This document shows, piece by piece, positions 34,360 through 53,786 of a stretch of DNA of 64,000 nucleotides (position 1 is the first letter of the stretch; every line of letters starts with the position of its first letter). The DNA comes from the human T2T-CHM13v2.0 reference genome, Homo sapiens. The notes beneath the pieces are model-generated. The model was not told the DNA's origin. It made no database searches and was given only the letters and a program-made list of their open reading frames with translations. The translations under genes were made by a program, and so were the position numbers. Where the stretch lies: NCBI RefSeq assembly GCF_009914755.1, contig NC_060941.1, one strand, 5' to 3'.

Positions 34360-34454
34360 GTTGCTTATCTTTGACTTACTGATGTGTAGGAGATACGCTG
34401 TTGTCAGCACCCTGTGCTTTCCCCGCTATGTTTTGTAACTGGTAAGAGCTGAAA

Positions 34455-34975
34455 GTGATTCAGCAGATATTAAGTGAGCGCCCACTGTGTGCCAGGCTCG
34501 TTCTAAGCACAAGAGATTCAGTTAAGAGCAGATGAGGCTGCTACCCTCGTGGGGCTCCTCCTCCAGTGGGAGAGGCAGACAATAAACAAGAATATAAACA
34601 GGAAACTCATTTCAGACACCGAGAAGTAACAGAAAGAAAACAGGGCGGGTAAGATCACGGCTGCAACTGGGAAGCTGGGATGGCAGCGTGGATTCCAGAG
34701 ACAGGCGTCCGGGAGGAATGACATTTGGGCACAGACCTCAGCAAGGAAATGGAACAAGCCACAGGCACGCCGCGGGAGGCCACCTGAGGCCCAAGAGCCC
34801 GTGTGGAGGCTGACTGCGAAAGTCTGAGTAGATGAGAGAACCAGGGGCGGCGGCTGTGATGAGGTCAGAGATCATCATAAGATTTGTGAACCACATCGTC
34901 AAGGCCCCGTGGACGACAGCAAAAATAACAGGTCACAGGGAATGACGTGACCTGATTCACAGTTTAAAAGGCCAT
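34455..34975 (-). mobile_element. L2 fragment
   Basis: attcagcagatattaagtgagcgcccactgtgtgccagg...gggagaggcagacaataaacaa is an antisense L2 3' end. Confidence 0.7.
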
Positions 34976-34979
34976 TTGG

Positions 34980-35568
<589 letters not shown>

Positions 35569-35584
35569 ACTCCACAAGTCTGAA

Positions 35585-35705
35585 GTATACAAGAGGATGT
35601 ATATAGGTTATATGCAAAAACTATGCCATTTTATATCAAGGACTTGAGCACTGGGGAGGTGGGTCTTGGAACCAGTCCCCCCGCCACACAGATACTGAGG
35701 GCCGA
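35585..35705. mobile_element. MER2-like (TcMar-Tigger) fragment
   Basis: gaggatgt..ataggttatatgcaaa...ccattttatatca.ggacttgagca...gatactgaggg matches my recall of MER2. Confidence 0.65.
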
Positions 35706-35706
35706 C

Positions 35707-37452
<1,746 letters not shown>

Positions 37453-38298
37453 AAAAGTTATTTCTTTTACAGACAAAGCCATCGTGGTCTAATTTATCCA
37501 GGAACCCATGTCATTCATTAGGGAGCTGCATCTGTGGGCGCCTCAGGCCACCCAAAGCATGAAGGTTACTCGGCTCTGAAACAATGTGGTCTGCACGGGA
37601 GTCACCATTCCGAAAAACACACGAATCAGAAGGCGACCCTTCTGTCAGAGAAGTCATCCAGGAGTGACTTGCGGATTCACTTACGCAGCCCGGAAACCAA
37701 AAAATGCTTCAGCTTAAAGAAATGATCAGCAAGATTCACCTCTGCACCCTTTCAAGTGTGAGGGGCCCCTCGAGTCCACCAAAGGTTTTCAAAATGCCTC
37801 TGAAAACAGCGGTTTCATAGTCATTTTTGGGTCACAGACAGTTTTGAGGACAAAAGCTATGGATCTTTCAGCAGAGAAAAAGGCACATACAGCAAAAAGT
37901 CAGTGTATAAATTCACAGAGTTCATAAATCCCCCTGAAGCCTGTTAGCGGAAACTGATCACGGGAGGTCTACAGACCCCAAATGAAGACCTCCCTGTCTT
38001 AAGAGTTCATGTCAGTGCACGTCTTGACCTTGATTCAACTGAGAGAGAGATAATCCTGCCCCATCTGTATCCTGCTGTAAACATTCCTCCAATGTAGTCA
38101 GGATCTGCCGAAAACCTAAGATGACGTTAACAGTGAAGAGCGGGTGATTAAAAAAGAAAAAAAAATCTCACTCTCCCCGCTCTCCCACTGTCGCTGTGTT
38201 CCTAAACTCAGGCAGAGCTCATGCCTTCAGGATGGCGAACATCAGAGCCACCCAGGACTGAGAGAACTCACTGTCCTTTTTAAAAAAGCATTTCTCAG

Positions 38299-38586
38299 GG
38301 CCAGGTGCGGTGGCTCACGCCTGGAATCCCAGCACTCTGGGGGGACGAGGCGGGTGGATCGCTTGAGCCCAGGAGTTCAAGACCAGCCTGGACAACATGG
38401 TAAAACCCTATCACTCCACAAAAAAATACAAAAATTAGCCAGGCGTGGTGGCCACTCCTGTAGCTCCAGCTGCTTAAGAGGCTGAGGTAAGAGGATGCTT
38501 TGAGCATGGGAGGTCAAGGCTACGATGAGCTGTGATCGTGTCACTGCACCCCAGCATGAGTGACGGGGCAAGACCCTGTCTCAAAA
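38299..38586 (+). mobile_element. Alu (AluJ-like)
   Basis: Diverged dimeric Alu. Confidence 0.85.
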
Positions 38587-38631
38587 GGGCTGCACTGTCT
38601 GGCATTGCAGCAGCTGGGAAAGACCAGATGA

Positions 38632-39197
<566 letters not shown>

Positions 39198-39287
39198 CCC
39201 AGGGTGCATTCTCATGATCCCTTGCTGAATGGTCTTCTACCACAGCCACCCAAAGGCCACACAATGCCAACAGAAAACGTCACAGCA

Positions 39288-39619
<332 letters not shown>

Positions 39620-39945
39620 CTACTGTTTATGATTAGTTCATCAAATTCAGAAGCCAGGCCACAGAGAACAAAGAAAAAAATCAAAGAGGAGACAAGATTA
39701 GCTCAACTTGGCAAAAATGGAAACGGATGACAAAGTGGGTTATCCAGTTACTTGAAAGTTCCCACTGCTCCGCCTGGCAGTGGGTTCTGCTGAAAGACTC
39801 CAAGGCTGTGGTTGGAACTATCCTAGGAATGCAGGCCAGAAACGCTTCTACAGTGACCAACAAAACAATGAAATACATATCAAAAGGGACGGGACTGGGA
39901 ACCGGGAAACGGTAAAAATGCCAACGAGAAAGTCCAGCAAATCTG

Positions 39946-40034
39946 AAACACCGGTGGGATTCGTCAGCCCCCACAGAGGCCGCAGGGAAAAAACACCGGT
40001 GGGATTCATCAGCCCCCACAGAGGCCGCAGGGAA
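39946..40034. repeat. ~45-bp tandem duplication
   Basis: aaacaccggtgggattc.tcagcccccacagaggccgcagggaaa occurs twice. Confidence 0.9.
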
Positions 40035-40479
40035 ATGCAGCCTGGTGATTTCCGAGAAGTCCCAGTTCCCGAGAGCAACATGGAATCTGCCCCCGCATGC
40101 TAAGGACCAGGTCTTGCTCTTGACTGGGGAGCCTCAGCTTTTCTTTCCAACAGCTGCTGCAAATCTGTGGGATCAAGGCAAAGCCAACGCAGATGTAGGA
40201 TTCATCCGCAAACTCCTTGGCCAGGTCAGCCAAGCCTTCTCGGGCAAACGTCACCCCTGCCCTCCAGCCAAATGCCGACCACAATCAAAACCATCCTTTC
40301 TGTGAGCAGCATTTGAAAACAGAGCCCTAAATGTGCTCTCACCCTTTCTAACCCCAAATGACCAAACACCATGATATACACTGAGAGCAGGAATCCCCCT
40401 CATCCCAGCCTCCAATGTCACACCAGGACGAACACTGAGGTTACTCAGCACAGGTTCCGGCTCCAGAGCCCGGCTCTTC

Positions 40480-40824
40480 CATCTGTTCCAGCCGCTTATT
40501 AGTGGGTGACCCTGGTGAGGTATCTCACCGTCTCTTGGCTTCCTCAGCTGCAAAATGTAGATAACAGAACCTACACCTCACTGAACTGCTGTGAACATGA
40601 GTTACATAGAGCGCTTAGCATAAAGACTGGCCAATATTAGGTATGAAATAAGTGTTAGTTGCTTTAAGCTAAGGCGCTGACACAGACAATGGGTCTCATT
40701 CTGTGGCCCAGGCAAAATCATGGCTCACTGCAGCCTCCACCTCCCGGGCTCAAGCCATCCTCCCACCTCAGCCTCCCAGAGTGCTGGGATTACAAGCGTG
40801 AGCCACCACACCTAGCTTAGTTGC

Positions 40825-40858
<34 letters not shown>

Positions 40859-41147
40859 TTCTAGACCCAGAGTCTTGCTCTGTCGCCCAGGCTGGAGAGC
40901 AGTGACACAATCATAGCTCACTGCAGCCTCCACCACCCGGGCTCACGTGATCCCCCCACCTCAGCCTCCGAGGAGCTGGGACTACGGTCGCACACCACCA
41001 TGCCTCACTAATTTTTTGATGTTTTGTGGCAACAGCGTCTCGCTATGTGCCCCAGGCTGGTCTCAAACTCCTGAGCTCAAGCGTTCCTCCCATCTCAGAC
41101 TCCCAAAGTGCTGGGGCTACAGGTGTAAGCCACTGTGTTCAGCCCCC
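40480..41147. mobile_element. MIR (+, ~40480-40660) followed by two antisense Alus (~40680-40817, and ~40825-41147 with an (ATT)n tail)
   Basis: MIR core ggcttcctcagctgcaaaatgtagataacag; Alu consensus. Confidence 0.75.
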
Positions 41148-41941
41148 ATGCCATCTTCTAAATGCTCCAGCAGGACCTTGTCCTCATATCCCCAGAGGTA
41201 AGGCCCAGTCTTGGATCCCCTTGCTCCTGAGGCATGATTCCCAGTGTGTGATTTGGCCCATGACTGCAATCCTCAGAGCCTAGTATACCTGCTGGCCAAG
41301 AGCAGTGCCTGGGCACATTATGTGTCCAATAAATGATAGATGAACAACAAATGAACAGAGGAAGGGAGAGAGGAATCACCGTCCTAGGTCAGCCAGAACA
41401 GATGCCCCCTAATCAGTCCAGCTCAGCTACTTAATGGCTTTTTCATGACCACGGCTCCCCCTTGTTCCTGGGGGGCCCAGAATGCTCCTGAAATGGCAGA
41501 AGAAATGATTCGAATCCAGCGCTGGTGGGATCAGAGCTTCTCTCGCTTTGCCCGATGGTGCCTTAGATCCTGTACCCTCCCCACCTGCGCATTCTGCCTT
41601 CGCCTGGAGCTGAAGCAGAGAACAGACCAGCCCGTGTGACCAAGGGAAAGGGGCCGGGGGTCCGGGCCAGGCTGATCCGAGCCGTCACCAACCTATGAGA
41701 ATTCCAAACCCTCCTGGTGGCTCTGCCATTTTGATGCTACATGTTTTCAGCTGGTTCACAGAGAGGACCTATGCATGCCCCAAGGATGGCAAGAGCGTGA
41801 GGTTCACAAAACAACATGTCCACTCTGATTCCTGCAGACAAAGCCACCGAGCATGATATATGCCGCACACGTTCTTTCTGGGTCCTTCTCTGCCACGCCA
41901 GGCTGCATTAAAATAAAAAGACTGGGTAGAAGGGGATTTAA

Positions 41942-42302
<361 letters not shown>

Positions 42303-42789
42303 TAACAGTGAATTTTCTAACCAATTTACAGATGACCTAGCTGGGCTTTGCAACCCGACAGAGCTGAATCAGCTGTGACTTACAACACTCTAATCAAAGT
42401 GCCACAGGGATGAAAGTGGTGAGACGCCGAGTCGGCTTTCAAAAACCTTACAGTTTAGAAGTGGGAAACGGTGAAAATGGTAAACTTTACGTTACATATA
42501 TTTGGCCACAATATAAAAATATGAAGCAACAACCACATATGGCAGATCAGGCCAACTGCCAGGAGAAATGAGCAAAAGAAGGCCCAGGAGGAAGAGTGGC
42601 TGCATTCTGGTTGACTAGAGCTGCCAGGAGGGCCCTGAATCTTCAAACACACTGAACTATCTCAAACATCCGCCCTACAGCTGCCTCCCTTCCAAACGGG
42701 GGCCGCTCCAAGAACCCACCGTTCCGGGTTGAGTTTGGTCCTCACTGGTCAGTGAAATCTTCAGTCGATACCTGTGTTTGCTGGAGGCC

Positions 42790-44082
<1,293 letters not shown>

Positions 44083-44244
44083 TTAGCACCCATGCCAGCA
44101 GCAGGCTCCCATTCTGGTGGAGGGAGAATGGGGAAATGACTTCTTAGGTCTCCTATCAACTTGGGATACCTCCAGATAGAAGGACCAGGGGACAACTGTA
44201 CACAGGAAATGCCGGTTACTCTCAGCCTGGTGTGCAGAGACTTC

Positions 44245-44539
<295 letters not shown>

Positions 44540-45276
44540 GGCGTGCAGACTTCTTACGTCTTAAGAGCCTCACTTCACCGGTGAGATACTCTTTTACAAC
44601 AGAAATCACTTTGCTGCTAGCGTGACAGGCAGAGGATCCGATCGGCTGTGTCCTCCTTTTCTCTCTTTATCTGAGAGATGTGTGTCCATGGCAAGCCGGC
44701 TTCCATCCTAACCTGTTGCTCCAAATGCTGTCAAACACACAGACGACTCCCAGGATAAAGGACGGCACACCAAGCTTCTCTTAGGGTGAACACAAAACAA
44801 CCACTGCCCCCACAAGCCTTTCTCCAAGGGGGCCGCTGTGTTCTGGCAGCCCCCACTCCTCCACCGCACGGCGGCGGGAGGCAGAGTGTGGGGTGAGAGT
44901 GCCGGCACAGGAGCAGATGGCTTGGGTTCGAATCCCGGCTCTGCCACTTTGGGTAAATGACTTAGTCTCCCCACACCTCACTCTCTTCAGCTGCAGAATG
45001 GTCTGGGGGGCACCTCCCTGCTAGGGTTACTGTGTGGATAGATCGTAGGCACGAAGGGCTTGGAAACATCCCTGGCTCACAGTTAGCACTCACACGTGAA
45101 TACTTCTCATGTGGGCCCTTCCAGATGCTACTTCAGAAAGTCCATGCCAGGGCAACAGGCCCCGCATGCGGCCCTCACGCTGCAGGGGCGTCAAAGAGGC
45201 AGCACTGGACTAGATGGTGATGAGACCATCCTGGCGCCGCCAACCCTGCCAGGGCTGGGACCCAGAGCAGCCCACA

Positions 45277-45855
45277 CACGGTGCATCTCACACTGGCGAG
45301 CAGGTCCCCCCTGACCACGGCGCATCTCACACCCGCGAGCAGGTCCTCCCGACCATGGAGCATCTCACGCCGGCGAGCAGGTCCCCCCTGACCACGGAGC
45401 ATCTCACACGGGCGAGCAGGTCCCCCCTGACCACGGAGCATCTCACACGGGCGAGCAGGTCCCCCCGACCACAGCGCATCTCATGCCGGCGAGCAGGTCC
45501 CCCCGACCACGGCGCATCTCACACCCACAGGCAGGTCCCCCCGACCACGGCGCATCTCACACGGGCGAGCAGGTCCACCCTGACCACGGCGCATCTCATG
45601 CCGGCGAGCAGGTCCACCCTGACCACGGCGCATCTCACACGGGCGAGCAGGTCCTCCCGACCATGGAGCATCTCACGCCGGCGAGCAGGTCCACCCTGAC
45701 CACGGAGCATCTCACACGGGCGAGCAGGTCCCCCCGACCACGGCGCATCTCACACGGGCGAGCAGGTCCACCCTGACCACAGCGCATCTCACGCCGGCGA
45801 GCAGGTCCACCCTGACCATGGCACATCTCACGCCGGTGAGCAGGTCCACCCTGAC
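45277..45855. repeat. 37-39 bp CpG-rich minisatellite, ~15 copies (ggcgagcaggtccaccctgaccacggcgcatctcacacg)
   Basis: Read directly. Confidence 0.96.
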
Positions 45856-45986
45856 AAAGGAAAGGGAGAGCCCAGGAGTGTCCACTTCCAGCAGTGGCTC
45901 TGGGTGCGGCAAAGGCACAAACTGGACAAAAGCAGCAATCCTTCTGATTAAACCTGTTCTACATCCTTCCAATTACACCTGCTCTA

Positions 45987-46329
<343 letters not shown>

Positions 46330-46786
46330 TTAAACCCGCCACTTCATCAAGGAAAGAAAGACATTTTCCCGGCTAGCACTGATCTGTGGGCCCTTCTTTT
46401 TCAAAATGGGAGATGGCAGAATTTTATACAGAAACAGTCGCTAGTTCCAACCAGAAAGCCCAGAGACACAGGGGAGCCGCTGGTGGCCACACAGGTGAAG
46501 CATGAAAGGCTAAGAAATGGAAATGCAGTGCTGCACATGGCCGGGAGCCCGGGTCCGGCTGTGGGCTGCAGTTCCGTGATCCCGGCGGGGAAGGCCACGT
46601 GGGTTACTGGGGAGGATGAAGGATGAACACGGGGCCGCGTCTCACATGCAACCCACCTTCGAAGACGCCAACCAGAGGCACCTACGGCACATCCCGAGAC
46701 ACGTGGGGGCCCGTCTCCTCCTCCTTCCAGGAGTCACTCCCCAGGCAACTTGGCTACTAAACTTCCGTTCAGAAAGTGCACCTTCA

Positions 46787-47218
<432 letters not shown>

Positions 47219-48143
47219 TCAATGAACAACAACAAATAACTGAGGTTAAAATAATGGCCACGAATGAAGAGACAAACACACTGATGTTTACTTCTCACCC
47301 TTTCAAATGTGCCGAACGCAAAGTATTTAATGACGCCCGTTGGCTGCTGGCGTGGGGAGTCCGGTTCCCCGACACAGGGAACGCGATCTCATCTGTAACA
47401 CCAATTAAGGAGGTTCATTGACTGTGCCATTCGACTTCCTGCCCTCATGGCTCCGCGAGCCAGGAGATGAGCAGTTAGCTGGGAGCACAAACGGCATATG
47501 GCTGCCAGGCTCTTTCTGGCCGACACCACAGACGGAGGGAAAGGCTGTTTCCCCCATGCTGCAGCTCTCGCAAGCTGACAGAAGGGATTTCCTAAAGCCC
47601 CATCTGGTATGAAAGCCTCCACTGGGCAGAGTGGTTTGGGACAGCAAGCGGGTGGCTGGTAATAACAGGCTAGGGCCATATGTGCTCAGGAGAGATCTTA
47701 AGAAGCGGCTGGGAGTTTGCATAGGAGGGGGAGTGAGGAGCCAGCGTCGATCTGGAGTCAAAGGGACCCCATCCCAGAGGCAGTCACTTCTAGTGGGGGA
47801 TAGGGTTTCTGTGGCTTGCAGCCTTGTGGATCTCCCTGCTGACATTACTAGGAAAGAGCTCAGATGTGCCACGCTCACTCTGAGTAGCACCTTTCGACGT
47901 GAACGTTGGGACCCTGACCTGCAGCGTCTTTGGGAGATGGGCCATCACACGGGTTCGACCCAGAATGTTAAGTTCATTCACAAAGAGAAACAAATCTGAA
48001 CGTTTTCACTCCAGATCTTTCCAGAACCCGTGAGACTAAGAAAAAAGAACAAGGAAGAAAGGAGGCATAGGAATGAGGACTCCGTGGAGGGAAAACGGTC
48101 ATTCCCTGTCGCTTTGGGGAATCTGCTGCAAAAACACGCCTGT

Positions 48144-48556
48144 CCAGGCCATCATACGTCCCGTCCCGCCCCTCCTTAGCTGGAAGGTGGAGACCAGGCG
48201 GTGGAGACCAGGCCATTCTACGTGCCGTCCTGCCTCTCCTTAACTGGAAGGTGGAGACCAGGCCATCATACATCCCGTCCTGCCCTCCTTAGCTGGAAGG
48301 TGGAGACCAGGCCATCCTACGTCCCATCCTGCCTCTCCTTAACTGGAAGGTGGGAGACCAGGCCATCCTACGTCCCGTCCCACCCATCCTTAGCTGGAAG
48401 GTGGCGGCCAGGCCATCACACGTCCCGTCCTGCCCTCCTTAGCTGGAAGGTGGAGACCAGGCCATCATACGTCCCGTCCTGCCCTCCTTAGCTGGAAGGT
48501 GGAGACCAGGCCATCACACGTCCCGTCCTGCCCTCCTTAGCTGGAAGGTGGGAGAT
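48144..48556. repeat. ~49-bp minisatellite, ~8 copies (ccaggccatcatacgtcccgtcctgccctccttagctggaaggtggaga)
   Basis: Read directly. Confidence 0.95.
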
Positions 48557-48671
48557 GTCACCAGTTCACCCTAACCCCAGCCATCCACTCCTGTGGCTCG
48601 GAACAAGCTATGAGGCGATCGCATGTGAAGGCCAATGAAAGGACTTTGCAAAAAATACAAATATATGGTAG

Positions 48672-49071
<400 letters not shown>

Positions 49072-49298
49072 TCAGTGCAGGTGCCCGAGGACAGGACACC
49101 AGGGCTCATCCCAGCACCCCAGAGCTCCAGGCTGATTTTCTAGTAATTTCCAACATAGCACTTGACTGACACGTCCAGCACAGACTCACAGCACGGGAGA
49201 GAACTCCTAGGACCAGCTGCTACAGTGAGAAGCTCCAGTGAGAAAGGTCAACTTCATAAACTATGGGAACACGGGAGGTGATCCACTGAATTGAGAGT

Positions 49299-49638
49299 GA
49301 GAGAGAATTCCACCCTTCTAGAGAGAATTCCACCCTTCTAGAGAGAATTCCACCCTTCTAGAATCCTACCATCATCAATCACCCTTACAGACTCAACATC
49401 CGAGAGAGAATTCCACCCTTCTAAAATCCTACCATCATCACCCTTAGGGACTCAACATCCAAGAGAGAATTCTACCCTTCTAGAATCCTACCGTCATCAC
49501 CCTTATGGACTCAACATCCGAGAGAGAATTCCACCCTTCTAGAATCCTACCGTCATCACCTTTAGGGACTCAACATCAGAGAGAGAATTCCACCCTTCTA
49601 GAATCCTACCATCATCACCCTTACAGGCTGGACATCCA
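49299..49638. repeat. Two-level minisatellite: 20-bp unit x3, then ~59-bp units x5 containing the same 20-mer
   Basis: gagagaattccacccttcta at 49301, 49321 and 49341, then extended with gaatcctaccatcatcacccttagggactcaacatcc. Confidence 0.93.
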
Positions 49639-49904
49639 AAGACCATCTCACCTCTCCCTCATAAGACGAGGCCCTTCAGGGTCTACATCTTAGACCACTT
49701 TGTATCTTCAGTGCCTTACACGTGAGAGATACTCAATAAATGGGGATGCTGATGATGACAGTCAGGCCAATCAGCTGGATGCTGATGTGTGCTACCAGCT
49801 CCTCACATTTGACCTGGAGACACAGCCTGAGCCATAGGCAGGCGGATATTCCATTTTCACACATTTGTCATGGTTCCTCAGCAGAAAAGAAACCAGGCAA
49901 ATAC

Positions 49905-50216
49905 GCCGGGTGTGGCGGCTCACGCCTGTAATCCCAACACTTCGGGAGGCCGAGGAGGAGGCCAGGCGGTCAGGAATTTGAGACCAGCCTGGCCAACATG
50001 GCAAAACCCCGTCTCTACTAAAAATACAAAAATTAGCCGGGTGTGGTGGCTCATGCCTGTAATCCCAGCTACTCGAGAGGCTGAGGCGGGAGAATTGCTT
50101 GGAGGCCAGAGAATCACTTGAGCCTGGGAGGCGGAGGTTGCAGTGAGCCGAGATCACACCACTGCACTCCAGCCTGGGGGACAGAGCGAGACTGCATCTC
50201 ATAAATAAATAAATAA
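49905..50216 (+). mobile_element. Alu with small internal rearrangements
   Basis: Alu consensus; duplicated gagaat..cttg segment. Confidence 0.85.
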
Positions 50217-50232
50217 GGTTTTAAAAATTAGG

Positions 50233-51064
50233 TGTTAGGAATAATGCTCACAATTTTAAGGAAATTGCCAGGCACGGTGGCTTGTGCCTATAATCCCAGC
50301 ACTTTGGGAGGCCAAGGCAGGTGGATCACAAGGTCAGGAGTTCAAGACCAGCCTGGCCAAGACAACCCCATCTCTACTAAAATTACTAAAATTAGCTGTG
50401 GTGGTGGGCGCCTGTAATCCCAGCTGCTCGGGAGGCTGAGGCAGGGAATTGCGTGAACCCGGGAGGTGGAAGTTGCAGTGAGCCAAGATCGTGCCACTGC
50501 ACTCCAGCCTGGCGACAGAGAGAAATTGTCTCAAAAAAAAAAAAAAAAAAGAAAAGAAAAAAGAAAAAAAATTTTAAGGAAATTGAACACACGAACAAAG
50601 GACTTTTAGCAAAGCAGTTTTATTTTTGCACAGAGGGGTGCCCCTTTGGCCAGTCGCCATGAGAGCACACCTGAACAAAGGGGCACAAAAGCCTTCATTC
50701 CTGACACAAGTCCTGCCCCTGTACCCTTTTTTTATTGGCCGGAGTCGGGTCTTATAATATAAACTAATCCCAGTTGGATAAACATTTGATTTTTTTTTAG
50801 ATAGGGTGGGTACGTTAAAGAAAAGTGGAGGGAAAGGGGAAGGGGTGTCTGTAATGAGCCAGAAAGTTAGTCTTTCTTTAAATAAGGAAAGGAATGTGAG
50901 CTGGTACTGATAACGCTTGGTACTGTGGCATGCTGGGCACTTAACAAAGGCGAGAAGGGAAAAGGAGAAAAAAGGAGAAAAATGGTGGGGGTGGAGGGGT
51001 ACAATGAATTAAAGAATAAAAGATTGATCAGATTATTTGAAGAGAAACCTCATCATATCCCACA
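50233..51064 (-). mobile_element. ERV1-class solo LTR (LTR10B-like by recall), interrupted by an Alu at 50268-50569
   Basis: Minus strand reads TGTGGGATATGATGAGGTTTCTCTTCAAATAA...TTCCTAACA (TG...CA ends), with 4-bp flanks tagg/tagt. The inner Alu has TSD aattttaaggaaattg at 50252-50267 and 50570-50585. Confidence 0.75.
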
Positions 51065-52025
51065 TAGTCAAATCATCTCGAAACTTTCCGCAGCTTCTGG
51101 TAGATGAGGAATGTGACTACGTAGCGCCTACCGCCCCAAATGCTATTATAAATTCCAAGTCGGCAGGGTGAGCTTTTCCGTGTCCGCTCTGCAAAATGAA
51201 CAGAAGAGCAGGAAGTGTGGTTGGTGGGAACCACGGAGATGTTTGTCATCTCGGCACCGTCCGTACCTGTCCCCCCGCGGAGCCACTAGCACTCGGCACA
51301 GCTCCCTTCTCAATTTCCTATTTGATTGTTATTTCACAAGGGCTTTTTTTTTTTCCCTTCTCGGCTGCGTGGAAAGCTCTGTTTCTTGGCAGAACTTTCC
51401 AGTGCCCAGTTATAAACCCCGTGTTGATCACTTTCCTGCTTCAGGAAGTCCCCACTGAGCCCTGGGCCAAATGACAAGGAGGGGAGAGGAAATATTTACA
51501 ATGATGTGAGAAACTCCCAGCCTGGAAAAAGAGATCAAAGAAAAAAGTCAGAAGGGACCGTTCTGCACGGAGCCTGGCACGTGAAGGCTTTCTCTAAATT
51601 GGCCTGGACCGGTCCACAGCGGTAATGTCACCTCACTGGGAATCCGGCAAGCCAGGCGTGTCCACAGCTCTGCAAACAGCCTCAGCCCCACTGCCACGGA
51701 CCAGCCACGTCCACAGCAAAAGGAATCGTGTCCGACACTAAGAAACTGTGACCACCCAGTACCAAAGATGCCTTTATATAGAAACGGACTGTGGCTTGCA
51801 TTCTTTCCCTCCACCAGCTCCTGAAATGAAAGGGTTCCGTCACACAATGAAATAAGTAACAGCAGGGAGAGAGAGAGAGGGGAGGTAAATTGTTTGGAAA
51901 GTAGAAGACAGGGTGGAAAAGATGAAATTCAAGACAGATGTGTGAGACCCGCAAACATATGTCTTTGAATTTATGCATCCAAGTGATTGATGTAGAATAA
52001 GAAAAAACAGCTACAAGCCCAATAA

Positions 52026-52558
<533 letters not shown>

Positions 52559-53369
52559 TGATTTCTTGTCTCTAAAAGGTACTGCTACGGCTTAACACGA
52601 GCAGGATTTAAAAAATAGTAGCATTTGCCAGGTTCGTGCCTGGTCATTAAGAAAAAATAAAGCAGGAAATTTAGATGGGCGTTTCCATCAAAACACAAAG
52701 TCCAAGGCTCTGGCCGGAAAGCCATTTTTACAATGCAGTCAGTATTCGTGCATGTCACTTTACTTCCAAACAGCGAACTCAAAGGGGCCACCACACGATT
52801 GGTTCCAAATGCCTCCTACTGAGAGACACAGGCAGCTTGCCTCCTGGTTACCTTCTCTGTTTGCAGATTCAGAAGCTAACAAGAAAGCGGACAGCAGCAG
52901 GAATGGCCCTGGATGTCAGATGCATCAGACAGAGAGGCTGAAGTGTGGTCTGAGGACAGATCGCCAGGGGTGGTGGAGATGACGGAGGTTTTTCTGGATA
53001 GGCCAAGTACCTATCCACTGCTCAGCAGGACGTCGGCTCCATACCACACATGTGCCTGGTCCTTTTTCATCAATAAACACTTATTGAGCATCTCAAACCT
53101 ACCAGGCATTTGTGCCAGACGGTATGGGGTCAGATCAAGACAAAGGTCTTCGCCTTCGAGAAAGGAAGGGAGCCTGTCTGGTATGTAACAGGCTCCGGCT
53201 TCCTCTCTAGACCCTCCCCTGGGACGGCAGTCCCCACCCCACCCACACCCTTTGTTCCACGGCAGGCAATCATGGTGGGTGTGCACGCTTGATCTAAGAC
53301 CAATCACGCTCTCTCCTGGAAGTTCAGAAAGTGGATACAAAGACGGATTCACTAAGACCAGAGCTTCCC

Positions 53370-53786
<417 letters not shown>

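Noticed and set aside
37745-38000. Possible hAT-Charlie-type DNA transposon relic (a similar impression at ~55750-56150)
   Set aside because: Resemblance from memory only; family and boundaries need RepeatMasker.
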